From NCBI GenBank assembly GCA_964504265.1, contig CAZDEU010000001.1, forward strand, positions 4,412 to 68,411: a stretch of 64,000 nt of DNA, read 5' to 3'. Under the pieces are notes generated by a model. The model did not search any database and was not told the origin of the DNA. It saw only the letters and a program-made list of their open reading frames with translations. Position numbers and translations under genes: made by a program. This DNA comes from an uncultured Bacteroidales bacterium (lineage in GTDB: Bacteria; Bacteroidota; Bacteroidia; Bacteroidales; JAKIYJ01). Positions 1-9,286 of the stretch are shown one piece after another. Numbering within the stretch: position 1 is the first letter of the stretch; the number at the start of each line of letters is the position of its first letter.

Positions 1-2551
1 CTAAACCTTCAGGGTTATTTATATATGCCGAAAGAGTATGAGAACCAGATATATTTTTAACCTGATATAATCCACATTCACCTGCGGCGGCTGAGGTTAT
101 TTTCCATAACTTGCGTCCATCAGGTAAATAAGAATATATTTGAGGAACACCCGCTAAATTAACATAACACCATGCGCTTGAATTAGCTAAATCATCGGAA
201 TATAAAAGTAAATTCGTTCTGCTTTCCTCGACTGCAATACCACTACCGAATAATCCCTCATCACCGTCAAATTGCTTTAAAGTGCAAGAGATATTAGTTG
301 CATTTGCTTTCGTAGTGCTATCATTTACGAAGTTATCAGTCCATTTATTCGCCGCATCTGAACCAATAGGATTAATAGCTCTTGTTTTATCTGCAAGAGT
401 TCCTTTGAAATCAAGAAGTAACGAACATTTAGTTTTATCTGTTACGAACTGTGCTTTGTTGCTTCCTGCGTTTATATTCGGTGAAAGCCTATCAGCTTCC
501 GAAACTGTTTTACCATTATCTAATTCAACAGGTTTGCCTTCAAGTCCTGCGTTATAGATGTTTGCGATTTCGTCTGCGGTTAAGGCATAGTTGAAGATTT
601 CAAAGTTTGAAATTGTGCCTTGGGCTTCATAACCGGGAGTGTGGTAAAGTTGTCCAATGCAGAATCGTGCAAACGCATTATTAACATTGTAATTTAATGC
701 TGAACCAATTAATACCCCATTGACATATAAGTATATATTGGTTGCATCCCATTTGCAAACTATATGGAATGTCTTATCGTTGAATGTTTCAGCAGTATAA
801 GCAGAAGTAGTTATCGAATTAGAATTAGCCGCAGATGTACTTCTAAGCATGAAACAATCAGAAGCGTTTGTGTATTCGCAATAAAGGATGTCGTTATAGC
901 TTCCTGTATCAATTTCAAACAATTCTTCTGATGCCGCTGTTGCTAAATCGAATTTGTAATTAGGTTTATACCACAACGATATTGAGCCTAATTTTGGGTT
1001 TATTAATTTAGGGTCGAATGGTAATTTTCCTGTTGGTCTTGTAACTGCTGTTGAACCTGTTGCGATATATGATGTAGGAAATGAACCGGCTTCGAGTTGA
1101 GGTGAAGTGATATAAAATGTATCACCTGCTGTAGGATTAGCAATATACATTTGAATTACACCTGTTTTGGCGGCTGATGGTGTATTAGTTCCTGTGAATT
1201 TAGTTAGCGCATTTACAGTATCATTCAATTTATTAACAAATAATATTGCACCAATATCAGCATTATAAAAAGACCAAGAATAAGTTTTGTTGGTATATTG
1301 CATAAATGCTTGAAAACTATATGCTTGATTCCCTAACGTAATGGGTTGAGTTATACTTGCATCAGCGGTTGTATTAACCGTTATTTTAAATAATTTTCGA
1401 CCATCGGGTAAAACCCTATCAAGTGTTATGTTACAGTTATTTTTTGTCCATGCAGCATTAGTTAAATCATCTGAATAAAGAAGTAAATTAGTTCTGCTTT
1501 CCTCAACTGCAACACCTGAACCAAACTTACCCTCATCGCCTTCAAACTGTTTTAGTGTTGCTGAAATTGAACCATCAGGATTACTAATGAAGTTATCAGC
1601 TTTATTTTTAGTAGCAGTATTATAACCAATAGGAACTATTGCGTTAGTGCTATCAGCTAAACCGTCTTTGAAGTTAAGCATTAACGAACATTTATCTTTG
1701 CTTGTTTTGAAAGCAGGAGTGCCATTCTGATTAACTCTATCTGCAATCTTCTGAACGGTATTGTCGGTCGTTGCTAATCCTTTGCCATAAGACGTTGAGG
1801 TATTGTCTATCGAAGCAGATGGATGTGCTGAAGTAGCGTTTAAGTTCTGCAAGTCATTGTGATTGCGAGTTGTAATCTGAGTCAGTGAACCTGACTTTAA
1901 TGCAACATCAGAAGTGTCTAAAAGTTGATTAAATTTAGTTAAATGCGGATTGCTATCTGTAATTAAACTATGATTGTAGCCTGTTAAATAATTTGCCTTT
2001 TCAGCACTTGTTGAATGTAAATAATTAGTATCTAAATTTATATCTACTAATTTTGTATGGCTCATATCTTGTGCAATATTGCCGTAAGTTCTGATAATAC
2101 TTACTTCATCAGAACTATATAAAGGCGTTACAAATGTTATTTTTGTTTTACTGTCAACATTTGCTAAACTATACAATGATTTTTTATAATTTAAACCATT
2201 TACAAATACTTGAAATGTGTTGAAATCAAATATTTCGCTTAAATTATAATTGGTATTATCACCAGAATTTATTGCAACTTCGTTTGTTAATTCAATGCTG
2301 GCGGTATTTCCATCACCTGGAACTGTGCCAAATTCATAATAACCTAAAGGATTTGCTTTTAAGAACTTTCCATTATGCCCTGTTGGGTCTATTAAACCAT
2401 GTTTCCAATTACTGTCTACATGATTTTGAATTGTTGTGCCGTCATTGAGAAATATTTTACTTGCTTTTTTAATCGGGAAATTAATAACTTGAGCATTAAC
2501 AGCATTAGCAAATAAAAAAATTGATAAAAATACTACTAAAAACTTTTTCAT
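1..2551 (-). CDS. tail fibre / receptor-binding-like protein, C-terminus cut by window edge
   Basis: ATG at 2551 with AGGAG upstream. Hand translation starts MKKFLVVFLSIFLFANAVNAQVINFP (signal-peptide-like). Frame checked open at 2-61 and 661-781. LamG-like block NDKTFHIVCKWDATNIYLYV ... GTISNFEIFNYALTADEIANIYN (~560-1010). Absent from the ORF track because it has no stop inside the window. Confidence 0.6.
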   Translation of the reverse strand, partial: MKKFLVVFLSIFLFANAVNAQVINFPIKKASKIFLNDGTTIQNHVDSNWKHGLIDPTGHNGKFLKANPLGYYEFGTVPGDGNTASIELTNEVAINSGDNTNYNLSEIFDFNTFQVFVNGLNYKKSLYSLANVDSKTKITFVTPLYSSDEVSIIRTYGNIAQDMSHTKLVDINLDTNYLHSTSAEKANYLTGYNHSLITDSNPHLTKFNQLLDTSDVALKSGSLTQITTRNHNDLQNLNATSAHPSASIDNTSTSYGKGLATTDNTVQKIADRVNQNGTPAFKTSKDKCSLMLNFKDGLADSTNAIVPIGYNTATKNKADNFISNPDGSISATLKQFEGDEGKFGSGVAVEESRTNLLLYSDDLTNAAWTKNNCNITLDRVLPDGRKLFKITVNTTADASITQPITLGNQAYSFQAFMQYTNKTYSWSFYNADIGAILFVNKLNDTVNALTKFTGTNTPSAAKTGVIQMYIANPTAGDTFYITSPQLEAGSFPTSYIATGSTAVTRPTGKLPFDPKLINPKLGSISLWYKPNYKFDLATAASEELFEIDTGSYNDILYCEYTNASDCFMLRSTSAANSNSITTSAYTAETFNDKTFHIVCKWDATNIYLYVNGVLIGSALNYNVNNAFARFCIGQLYHTPGYEAQGTISNFEIFNYALTADEIANIYNAGLEGKPVELDNGKTVSEADRLSPNINAGSNKAQFVTDKTKCSLLLDFKGTLADKTRAINPIGSDAANKWTDNFVNDSTTKANATNISCTLKQFDGDEGLFGSGIAVEESRTNLLLYSDDLANSSAWCYVNLAGVPQIYSYLPDGRKLWKITSAAAGECGLYQVKNISGSHTLSAYINNPEGL

Positions 2552-2575
2552 TATTTCAATATCTCCTTTTAACTA

Positions 2576-2621
2576 TTTTTAAATTATTTTATATAAATTT
2601 TTATATAAAATAATTTAAAAA
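2576..2621. repeat. A/T palindrome P1 (symmetric type C)
   Basis: AAATTATTTTATATAAA TT TTTATATAAAATAATTT with a flanking T/A extension. Confidence 0.9.
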
Positions 2622-2627
2622 ATTTAT

Positions 2628-3053
2628 TTAGTTTTTATATCCTATTGCTTGAACTTCAACTGTATCTGCTGATATTGCATGAATATTAGTTACTTTACTA
2701 TCTCCAGCAATACCTGAACCTGCTTGAATTTTAAAATCATTTATTGTTGAAACTGCATCAAATTTTATATAAATTTCCGCTGTATCAGCCATATTAAGTA
2801 TAACCCATTTACTACATTCAGCGCCAAAAGATAAATTATTTCCACTGTCTGTATTTGGTGTTAATGTAAATCTTTTCATTATTGTTGTGGTATAAGTTGC
2901 AACTTCAATAGTTCCACCAGCTCCAGCTGTTAATAATTTCCCATCAGAATATACTTTATTTAAAATCTGGTCTGATGAATATAAAGTTGCTCCATAACAA
3001 ATTGATGAAAATATTAAAATAGTTACTAATGAAATGATAAAATTTTTTAACAT
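2628..3053 (-). CDS. small secreted/membrane-anchored protein, function unknown
   Basis: ATG 3053 with AGGAG upstream. N-terminus MLKNFIISLVTILIFSSICYGA is signal-peptide-like. No recognisable domain. Confidence 0.5.
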   Translation of the reverse strand: MLKNFIISLVTILIFSSICYGATLYSSDQILNKVYSDGKLLTAGAGGTIEVATYTTTIMKRFTLTPNTDSGNNLSFGAECSKWVILNMADTAEIYIKFDAVSTINDFKIQAGSGIAGDSKVTNIHAISADTVEVQAIGYKN

Positions 3054-3106
3054 TATTAATTGCTCCTTTTATTATTTTTTATTTTTTAAATTAAAATTTT
3101 TACATT

Positions 3107-3142
3107 AATACGATACTTGAAATTAAATTCAAGTATCGTATT
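3107..3142 (-). terminator. hairpin after the tape measure gene
   Basis: AATACGATACTTGA / TCAAGTATCGTATT, a 14-bp stem. The T-run is weak. Confidence 0.5.
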
Positions 3143-3147
3143 TGTAA

Positions 3148-6100
3148 TTACCTTCTACCTGTTTTTCTTAATATTGCATTTGAAACTGATTCTTCTACCT
3201 TTTTATAAAATTCATTAGCATCAGTATCATTATTTATATTTACATTGCCAAAATTTATACTGATACTTCCTGAATTATTTGATTGAGTTAATGCTGATAA
3301 ATCTGGCATTGAAACTGGTATTGACCTACCATCAGGTAAAGGAACAAATGCTTCATTCATTCCTGATTCGGCTGCTAATACTGCTGTTCCGCCGTTATGT
3401 GCTTTTATTATCCCACCGTTTGCTTGTGGTGTCATTGCAGGACCTAATTGAATATTTCCGCCGCCTACAACGGAACCTGTTGTTAATAAATTTCCAATAC
3501 CTTCCGTTACTGTTTTAAGTTCATTATATTTATTAGTTACTGTTGATAAAGCATTTGAAATACTATTAACTATTCCTTCAATTTTACTGAAAGTGCTTTT
3601 TAATCCTTCGTATGCTGTGTTACCTACTGATTTTATATTATCCCATACTGTTTTAAAAGTTGTTTTAATGAACTCCCATGTTTTGGTCCAGTCAACTCCA
3701 AAAGTTTTTAATATTTTACCAATTGATTCTAATCCTGCTAAAATACCTGTATATAAACCAGCAGGGCCACCGGCAAAAAATGCTACAATAGTTTTAACTA
3801 CTCCACCTAAAACTTGAACACAAACCTCGCCCCAAAATCCAAACTTTTCTCTTGCCCATGCAGCTAAAGCATCAATTATTGGATTTAATACTGCTAAAAT
3901 TAAAAGAGTCCAACCACTTAAAATCATTAATAAACCATCAATAACTCTCTGCAATGTTTTACCTAAATCAACTGTAAACATATTAGCAACATTACCTAAA
4001 AATTGACTTACTGCACCTATCCAATCTCCTGAAACTAATTTTGACATAACACCATTAAAAGCATCAAGCAATAAACCACCGAAAGATATAATTGCAGTTA
4101 TTAATGGTGCTGCTGACTTTGTAAAGTGTTCAATTAAATTAGCAAAAAAAGCATTTTTAGCTAATACTGCTTGTAAATTACTCCAATTAAACCACGAACC
4201 AACTAAAAATAAAAACTTTCCTGCCATAAAATCTAAACCTTTTATAATCATTTTCATTGCAGATGTGCCATATAAAACTACTAAATCGCTAAAACCCTGC
4301 CAATAACTTTCAATAACTGATAATATAACTTGAACTGTAAATAGTTTTGCTACTAATTCAAGTAATTTACCTGTTAAACCTAAAAATACTGATGTTATTG
4401 CACCCATTAAAGTATTTTGTTCTTTTCCGCAAGTTGCTGCCGCGCCGTTGAAAAACTTTGAAAACATTGAACCAATAGCGTCTAAAGCACCTATTAAAAA
4501 ACCTCCTATACCTGCTATTAGAGATGCTAATAAAGTTATAAATATTGGCCCAAAAACTTCACCTAAACCATAACCCATAATTGCAAATGCACCTACTAAT
4601 ACTGGAGTTATTCCGACAACTAAATTTGTTATAGTATCTGCAAATGCTGAAAAGGATGTTGTAAAAACACTTATTAAACTTGCAATCCAGCCTGTAATTG
4701 AATTATCAAACTTAAATGATTTCCACCAATCGCTAAATGCAGTATAAAAACTACTAAACATTGTAGGTATTGTTTTAACAAATATATCCCAACATATCTT
4801 TAATATAGCACCTATACCTGTTATCATATTAACAATACCGGTGCGAGTGCTTTCAGGTAACATTAACCATGCATTATTTAATCCTGTTTTTAAACCATCA
4901 CCTACTTGACTTGCAAATGGTAATAAGGCTGCTTTAACTGCTGATATCGCGGTATTAAACCCAGCGACAATTGCAGAAACTAAACCTATAAAAACTGCAG
5001 GCAACGCTTGACCAATAGTTGAAAATATCGAAGGCATTTTTTCGCTTTCAGTTTGTATTCCTGCATTTGTTGTTTGAACTGCTGCTTGTATTTCTTGGCC
5101 TCCTGTCGCTGCCGCTGCCGCTGCCGGTTTCATAACAGTTGTAAATGCATCTGTAAACGCTGAACTCATTGATAATATTGTTTCTGTTATTTGTGGGAAA
5201 TATGTTTTAGGTATTTCTAATAATGCTTGAAATGCTGCTTCAAAATTTCCAGCACCTATATCTGTAAATGATGATTTTATTAAATCTATTGCGGGCTGTA
5301 AATATTGCTGAACTGCACTATATATTGAATTAAATACAGCAATTAAAGTCATAAAAGATGCAACTAAAACAGGTATTAAAGGAATTAGCGTGGTTTGTAT
5401 AACATTACTTATATTTGTAAATTTAGCAGTTAATTCATCAAAAGTTGGTATAAATGGTTGTATTTGAGTAATTAAATTTTGAAAATATATTCCTAAACTA
5501 CTTAAATATCCGCTTAATTTATTTACTAATTCACTTTCTTTTAATGTATCAAACCATTGCATAAAATATTGTTGTGCTTCGCTTATTAATACACATAATT
5601 TACCTATTATATTGTTTTCCTCTATTATCGCCAAACCTAAAGATAAAAATTTAGCAATTAAATTTGTTATCCATTCTATTGTCGATGTAAATACTGCTGT
5701 TAAACCACTTAATATATCTCCTGTGCCAATTATTACAGGAGTTAAACCTAAAAATTGTAATACTAATCTGGCAATATAATCTGCTACCTGTAAAACATAA
5801 GGTGCCAAAGTCCAACAAGCCGCTTGAATCGCTAAAAATATAGTTACAACACTCATTGCTACTGATGGTAATACTGTTATTATAGCAATAAAAGTATCAA
5901 ATGCTAATTTAACAGTATCTATTGCTGCTGATGATGCAAGCCACACTGCTGCCATTCTCGATACATCTGCAATCATATTTGCGAGAGTTGTTGCTAAACT
6001 TAACATTGTTGTTTGAATTGTAGAGCTTGTTGGAACTAATGTCATTAAATTTTTTATAAATATAGTAAACCCTGATGCTAAATTAATAACTGCGCCATAT

Positions 6101-8493
6101 ATAGAAACTATTACCATATTTAAAGCAATAAACCCTGTTTTTACTATATCAATGATTGCTGCCGTTAATGTTGATTGCCCTGTTAAATTTGTTAATACTT
6201 CCGTTATTGTCCATACATTATTTTTAAAAGATACTAAAACATTACTTGTATTTGTGGATACATTACCTAAATTTTGCACTGCTGTTACTGATGCTGGTAA
6301 TGTTTTAAATATTTTTGAAAATGTATTACTTATGCTGCTTGTTGACGCTGATGCTTTGTCCAAAGTTTTTGTTATTGTTGTTACACCATTGATAACTTCT
6401 ATTGTTTCTGTATAAGATTTTTTCATTGTTGAACCTAAAGTTTCAAATGCTTGCGATACTTTTGTTATTGATTCCCACCCTTGCTTGAATTCTTTAGTAG
6501 TTTCAATAAAAGTTATTAATTTTGATACTGCATCAGATATGTTTTTTATATATCCTGCGAACATTGTTGCCGCAGGAGAAATTATATTACTTATAGCTTC
6601 AAATGATTTAGCAACTAATGACATTGTAAATGTTAATACATCACCTGCTGCTTTAAGTAATCCTGTTTTATGTATAAAATCTGTAAATCCATTTACAACT
6701 GATGTAATTATTTCAGTTATTATTTGTAATGGTTTTTGTAAAGGCGTTCCTAGAGTTATTTGTAGTGATTCCACTGACCCCGATAACTGCAAACAAGCAC
6801 CTGCGTAATTATCTAATTGCACTTTTGCCGCATCAAATGCTGCATTAGTACCTGTAACTTCCGACGATAATTTATCTATTTCTGCTATACTGCCGCTTAA
6901 TAAATTTATCATTGATGGCCCTGCCGATTCACCAAACAATCTCATTATTTGTGCTGTGCTTATACCTTTATTTTGTAATTCTGTTAATGTGGCTGTAAAT
7001 GGATTTATTCCTGTTGTTTTAGCCGATTCAACATTTTTTGCCATTAATTCTGTTGATACACCTAACTCTTGTAATACTTTTACAGCATCACCAGCGGGGG
7101 ATATTAAAGTAGATAATGCCCCTTTCAAAGCATTACCTGCCATCTCACCTTGAATACCTTTATTGGATAATTGAGATAAAACGCCTACCGTTTGTTCTAA
7201 TGACATATTCATTGCACCGGCAACAGGCCCTACATATTTCATTGCATCGCCTAAACGCTCTATTGTTAACATAGATACATTGCATCCTTTAGTAAAAACA
7301 TTAGCAACTGTTGTTGCTTTTTCAGAGCCTAATTTGAATTGTGCTAATGTAGCAACTACAATTTCAGTTGAAGCTGCTAAATCAGATTGTGTTGCTTCTG
7401 ATAATTTAGCTACGCCATTTAAAGCATTAATTGCGTCCTCTGTTGCATAACCAGCAGAACCTAATGAATATAACGCTTCCGCTGCTTGAGCTGATGATAA
7501 AGATGTATCTGCACCGACATCTAACGCTGCTTGTCTTAATTTTTGCATTTCTTCAGCTGTCGCACCTGATACTGAAGCGACATTTGAAATTTGTTTATCA
7601 AAATCTTTAGTCATATCTACACAAGCTGACGCAAAATTATAAACTATTTCAACGCCCATCTTTAAAGTGTTTAAAAAGTCCATAAATATTTCTTTAGCAT
7701 TACTATATATATCCAGTAATTCTGATATATTACCTAACATTTCAAATGCTCTACCGAAATTTGATATTATACTAATACCGCCCGACATAACACCTAATAA
7801 TAAATCAATAGGATTTTTTAAAGCATTAAATACCGTTGAACCAATGCTTGAAATTGCATTAAAAGCAACAGTAAACGGCGTTGTTATTATACTTCCTATT
7901 CCTGATAATGTTGAAGAAATTGCTGAACCTATAAGTTTAAATGGTGATAAGATTATTTCTGTAATACCTGAAAAAGCTGATGTTAACGATGAGCCTAAAG
8001 AAGTTACACTATTTACAATTCCTGAAAAGCCGCCTGTAAATACTGAAATCATTGAGGAGCCTAGAGAAGCTAAACCACTTATAAACCCTCCAAAACCTCC
8101 TATCATTTCAAATAATGATTTGCCTAAACTTATAAATGCTTCACCTAATTGTAATGCACCGGCAACTACAACTTTAAAAGGCATTAATGTTAATTGTGCC
8201 GCGACTGAACCAATAGTTTTTATAACTCCTATTGCAGTCCCATCAAAATTAGCTAATGTTTGCGTTATACCATCAAAACTGGTTCCAAATGCTTGAGAAA
8301 TTGATGAAACTGAACCTAATGTTGAAGTTAATGTTTCAACATTTTTATTTGCATTCAATACTTGCTGTGTATTTATCTGTAATTCAATTTGTTTTTTAGA
8401 TAAATCAATTAATTGTTTCATCGCATCCGCTATACCATCTAAACCCTTTGACATATTATCTTGTAAACTTGCTTTTAAACTAATATCTGCCAT
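3148..8493 (-). CDS. tail tape measure protein
   Basis: 1,781-aa ORF immediately after the chaperone pair. Long A/S/G/I/L-rich helical and hydrophobic stretches. Call rests on position and length. Confidence 0.85.
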   Translation of the reverse strand: MADISLKASLQDNMSKGLDGIADAMKQLIDLSKKQIELQINTQQVLNANKNVETLTSTLGSVSSISQAFGTSFDGITQTLANFDGTAIGVIKTIGSVAAQLTLMPFKVVVAGALQLGEAFISLGKSLFEMIGGFGGFISGLASLGSSMISVFTGGFSGIVNSVTSLGSSLTSAFSGITEIILSPFKLIGSAISSTLSGIGSIITTPFTVAFNAISSIGSTVFNALKNPIDLLLGVMSGGISIISNFGRAFEMLGNISELLDIYSNAKEIFMDFLNTLKMGVEIVYNFASACVDMTKDFDKQISNVASVSGATAEEMQKLRQAALDVGADTSLSSAQAAEALYSLGSAGYATEDAINALNGVAKLSEATQSDLAASTEIVVATLAQFKLGSEKATTVANVFTKGCNVSMLTIERLGDAMKYVGPVAGAMNMSLEQTVGVLSQLSNKGIQGEMAGNALKGALSTLISPAGDAVKVLQELGVSTELMAKNVESAKTTGINPFTATLTELQNKGISTAQIMRLFGESAGPSMINLLSGSIAEIDKLSSEVTGTNAAFDAAKVQLDNYAGACLQLSGSVESLQITLGTPLQKPLQIITEIITSVVNGFTDFIHKTGLLKAAGDVLTFTMSLVAKSFEAISNIISPAATMFAGYIKNISDAVSKLITFIETTKEFKQGWESITKVSQAFETLGSTMKKSYTETIEVINGVTTITKTLDKASASTSSISNTFSKIFKTLPASVTAVQNLGNVSTNTSNVLVSFKNNVWTITEVLTNLTGQSTLTAAIIDIVKTGFIALNMVIVSIYGAVINLASGFTIFIKNLMTLVPTSSTIQTTMLSLATTLANMIADVSRMAAVWLASSAAIDTVKLAFDTFIAIITVLPSVAMSVVTIFLAIQAACWTLAPYVLQVADYIARLVLQFLGLTPVIIGTGDILSGLTAVFTSTIEWITNLIAKFLSLGLAIIEENNIIGKLCVLISEAQQYFMQWFDTLKESELVNKLSGYLSSLGIYFQNLITQIQPFIPTFDELTAKFTNISNVIQTTLIPLIPVLVASFMTLIAVFNSIYSAVQQYLQPAIDLIKSSFTDIGAGNFEAAFQALLEIPKTYFPQITETILSMSSAFTDAFTTVMKPAAAAAATGGQEIQAAVQTTNAGIQTESEKMPSIFSTIGQALPAVFIGLVSAIVAGFNTAISAVKAALLPFASQVGDGLKTGLNNAWLMLPESTRTGIVNMITGIGAILKICWDIFVKTIPTMFSSFYTAFSDWWKSFKFDNSITGWIASLISVFTTSFSAFADTITNLVVGITPVLVGAFAIMGYGLGEVFGPIFITLLASLIAGIGGFLIGALDAIGSMFSKFFNGAAATCGKEQNTLMGAITSVFLGLTGKLLELVAKLFTVQVILSVIESYWQGFSDLVVLYGTSAMKMIIKGLDFMAGKFLFLVGSWFNWSNLQAVLAKNAFFANLIEHFTKSAAPLITAIISFGGLLLDAFNGVMSKLVSGDWIGAVSQFLGNVANMFTVDLGKTLQRVIDGLLMILSGWTLLILAVLNPIIDALAAWAREKFGFWGEVCVQVLGGVVKTIVAFFAGGPAGLYTGILAGLESIGKILKTFGVDWTKTWEFIKTTFKTVWDNIKSVGNTAYEGLKSTFSKIEGIVNSISNALSTVTNKYNELKTVTEGIGNLLTTGSVVGGGNIQLGPAMTPQANGGIIKAHNGGTAVLAAESGMNEAFVPLPDGRSIPVSMPDLSALTQSNNSGSISINFGNVNINNDTDANEFYKKVEESVSNAILRKTGRR

Positions 8494-8522
8494 AAATTTT
8501 ATTCTCCTTTCTTTTATAATTT

Positions 8523-8569
8523 AAAAAAGAAAATGATATATGTTTTATACTTATATCATTTTCTTTTTT
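8523..8569 (-). terminator. 18-bp hairpin overlapping the chaperone-T stop, upstream of the tape measure start
   Basis: AAAAAAGAAAATGATATA / TATATCATTTTCTTTTTT with an 11-nt loop. TTTTT follows on the minus strand. Confidence 0.5.
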
Positions 8570-8780
8570 TGTTTTTTAAATTGCTTTTTATTTCTTCTCT
8601 TTTTTTATGTAAATTTTCTTCACTTATATATATTTCTAAGCGAGTTATAAATTCATAATCTAAATTATATATATCGTTTGGGCTGATGTTTAAATACTTT
8701 GCTAAATTTAAAACTCTTAAAAACCATACATTATCAATACTATAATCTTTAAATTCTTTATTAGCAAAAGTGTATTTCAA
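8556..8780 (-). CDS. tail assembly chaperone, T segment (in -1 frame relative to the G ORF)
   Basis: TTG start with AAGGAAGGG upstream. Lies in the -1 frame relative to 8789..9169 and is reachable by a slip at A-AAA-AAC (8792-8798). Confidence 0.6.
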   Translation of the reverse strand: MKYTFANKEFKDYSIDNVWFLRVLNLAKYLNISPNDIYNLDYEFITRLEIYISEENLHKKREEIKSNLKNKKRK

Positions 8781-8788
8781 CCCTTCCT

Positions 8789-9169
8789 TTAGTTTTTTAT
8801 ATCACTTGCTTTCGGTTCATTAAATTCATTTACTTCTTTTTCGATGAATAAAAATAAATCATTTGGGAATATATCGCTTTTAATTATTTCTTCTGTTATT
8901 GGTAAATATACCGGATTTTCAGGAGTGCTTGTTTCGTCTTCAAGATTCCATTTAACTAATGATGCTACAACTTGGCCTAATCTTAACGCTGCTGTATCTG
9001 TTTCTGTATATTGAAGCATATTATTTTTTGTTATTTCAACTCCAGCAGCATTATCTTTAAATTTAATTGCTTTTTTCTGTAAACTCATAATGTCAAATGC
9101 CGATGTTTTTCTGATTATTGCTTTAAAATCTCCTAATACAATTTCTTTTGTAAATTTAACTAATTTCAT
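8789..9169 (-). CDS. tail assembly chaperone, G-like
   Basis: 126-aa acidic ORF between the major tail gene and the tape measure. Ends ...GAT ATA AAA AAC TAA, with a canonical slippery heptamer. Confidence 0.65.
   Translation of the reverse strand: MKLVKFTKEIVLGDFKAIIRKTSAFDIMSLQKKAIKFKDNAAGVEITKNNMLQYTETDTAALRLGQVVASLVKWNLEDETSTPENPVYLPITEEIIKSDIFPNDLFLFIEKEVNEFNEPKASDIKN
8792..8798 (-). promoter_or_regulatory. -1 programmed ribosomal frameshift slippery heptamer A AAA AAC
   Basis: Plus strand gtttttt is the reverse complement of AAAAAAC. Zero-frame codons are ATA AAA AAC TAA. The -1 frame continues CTA AAG GAA GGG TTG AAA TAC, which is the 8556..8780 ORF. Confidence 0.65.
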
Positions 9170-9202
9170 TATAATTCCTCCAGAATATTTTTTATTTTTT
9201 CT

Positions 9203-9237
9203 TTTTTATAATTATTTTTATATAAAATAAATTAAAA
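9203..9237. repeat. A/T palindrome P2 (partial, loop type B)
   Basis: TTTTATAATTATTTTTATATAAAATAAATTAAA. The left arm is degenerate. Confidence 0.7.
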
Positions 9238-9244
9238 ATTTGAA

Positions 9245-9280
9245 ATTGCTATTATAAGAAGTAAATCTTATAATAGCAAT
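9245..9280 (-). terminator. terminator after the major tail gene (TATAAGA/TCTTATA family)
   Basis: ATTGCTATTATAAGA / TCTTATAATAGCAAT, a 15-bp stem. Confidence 0.65.
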
Positions 9281-9286
9281 ATTCAA

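Noticed and set aside
5108-5125. (GCTGCC)x3 GC-rich microsatellite inside the tape measure gene.
   Set aside because: It simply encodes an Ala6 run (PAAAAAATGG) in a low-complexity protein. It is in-frame, so length changes would not switch expression.
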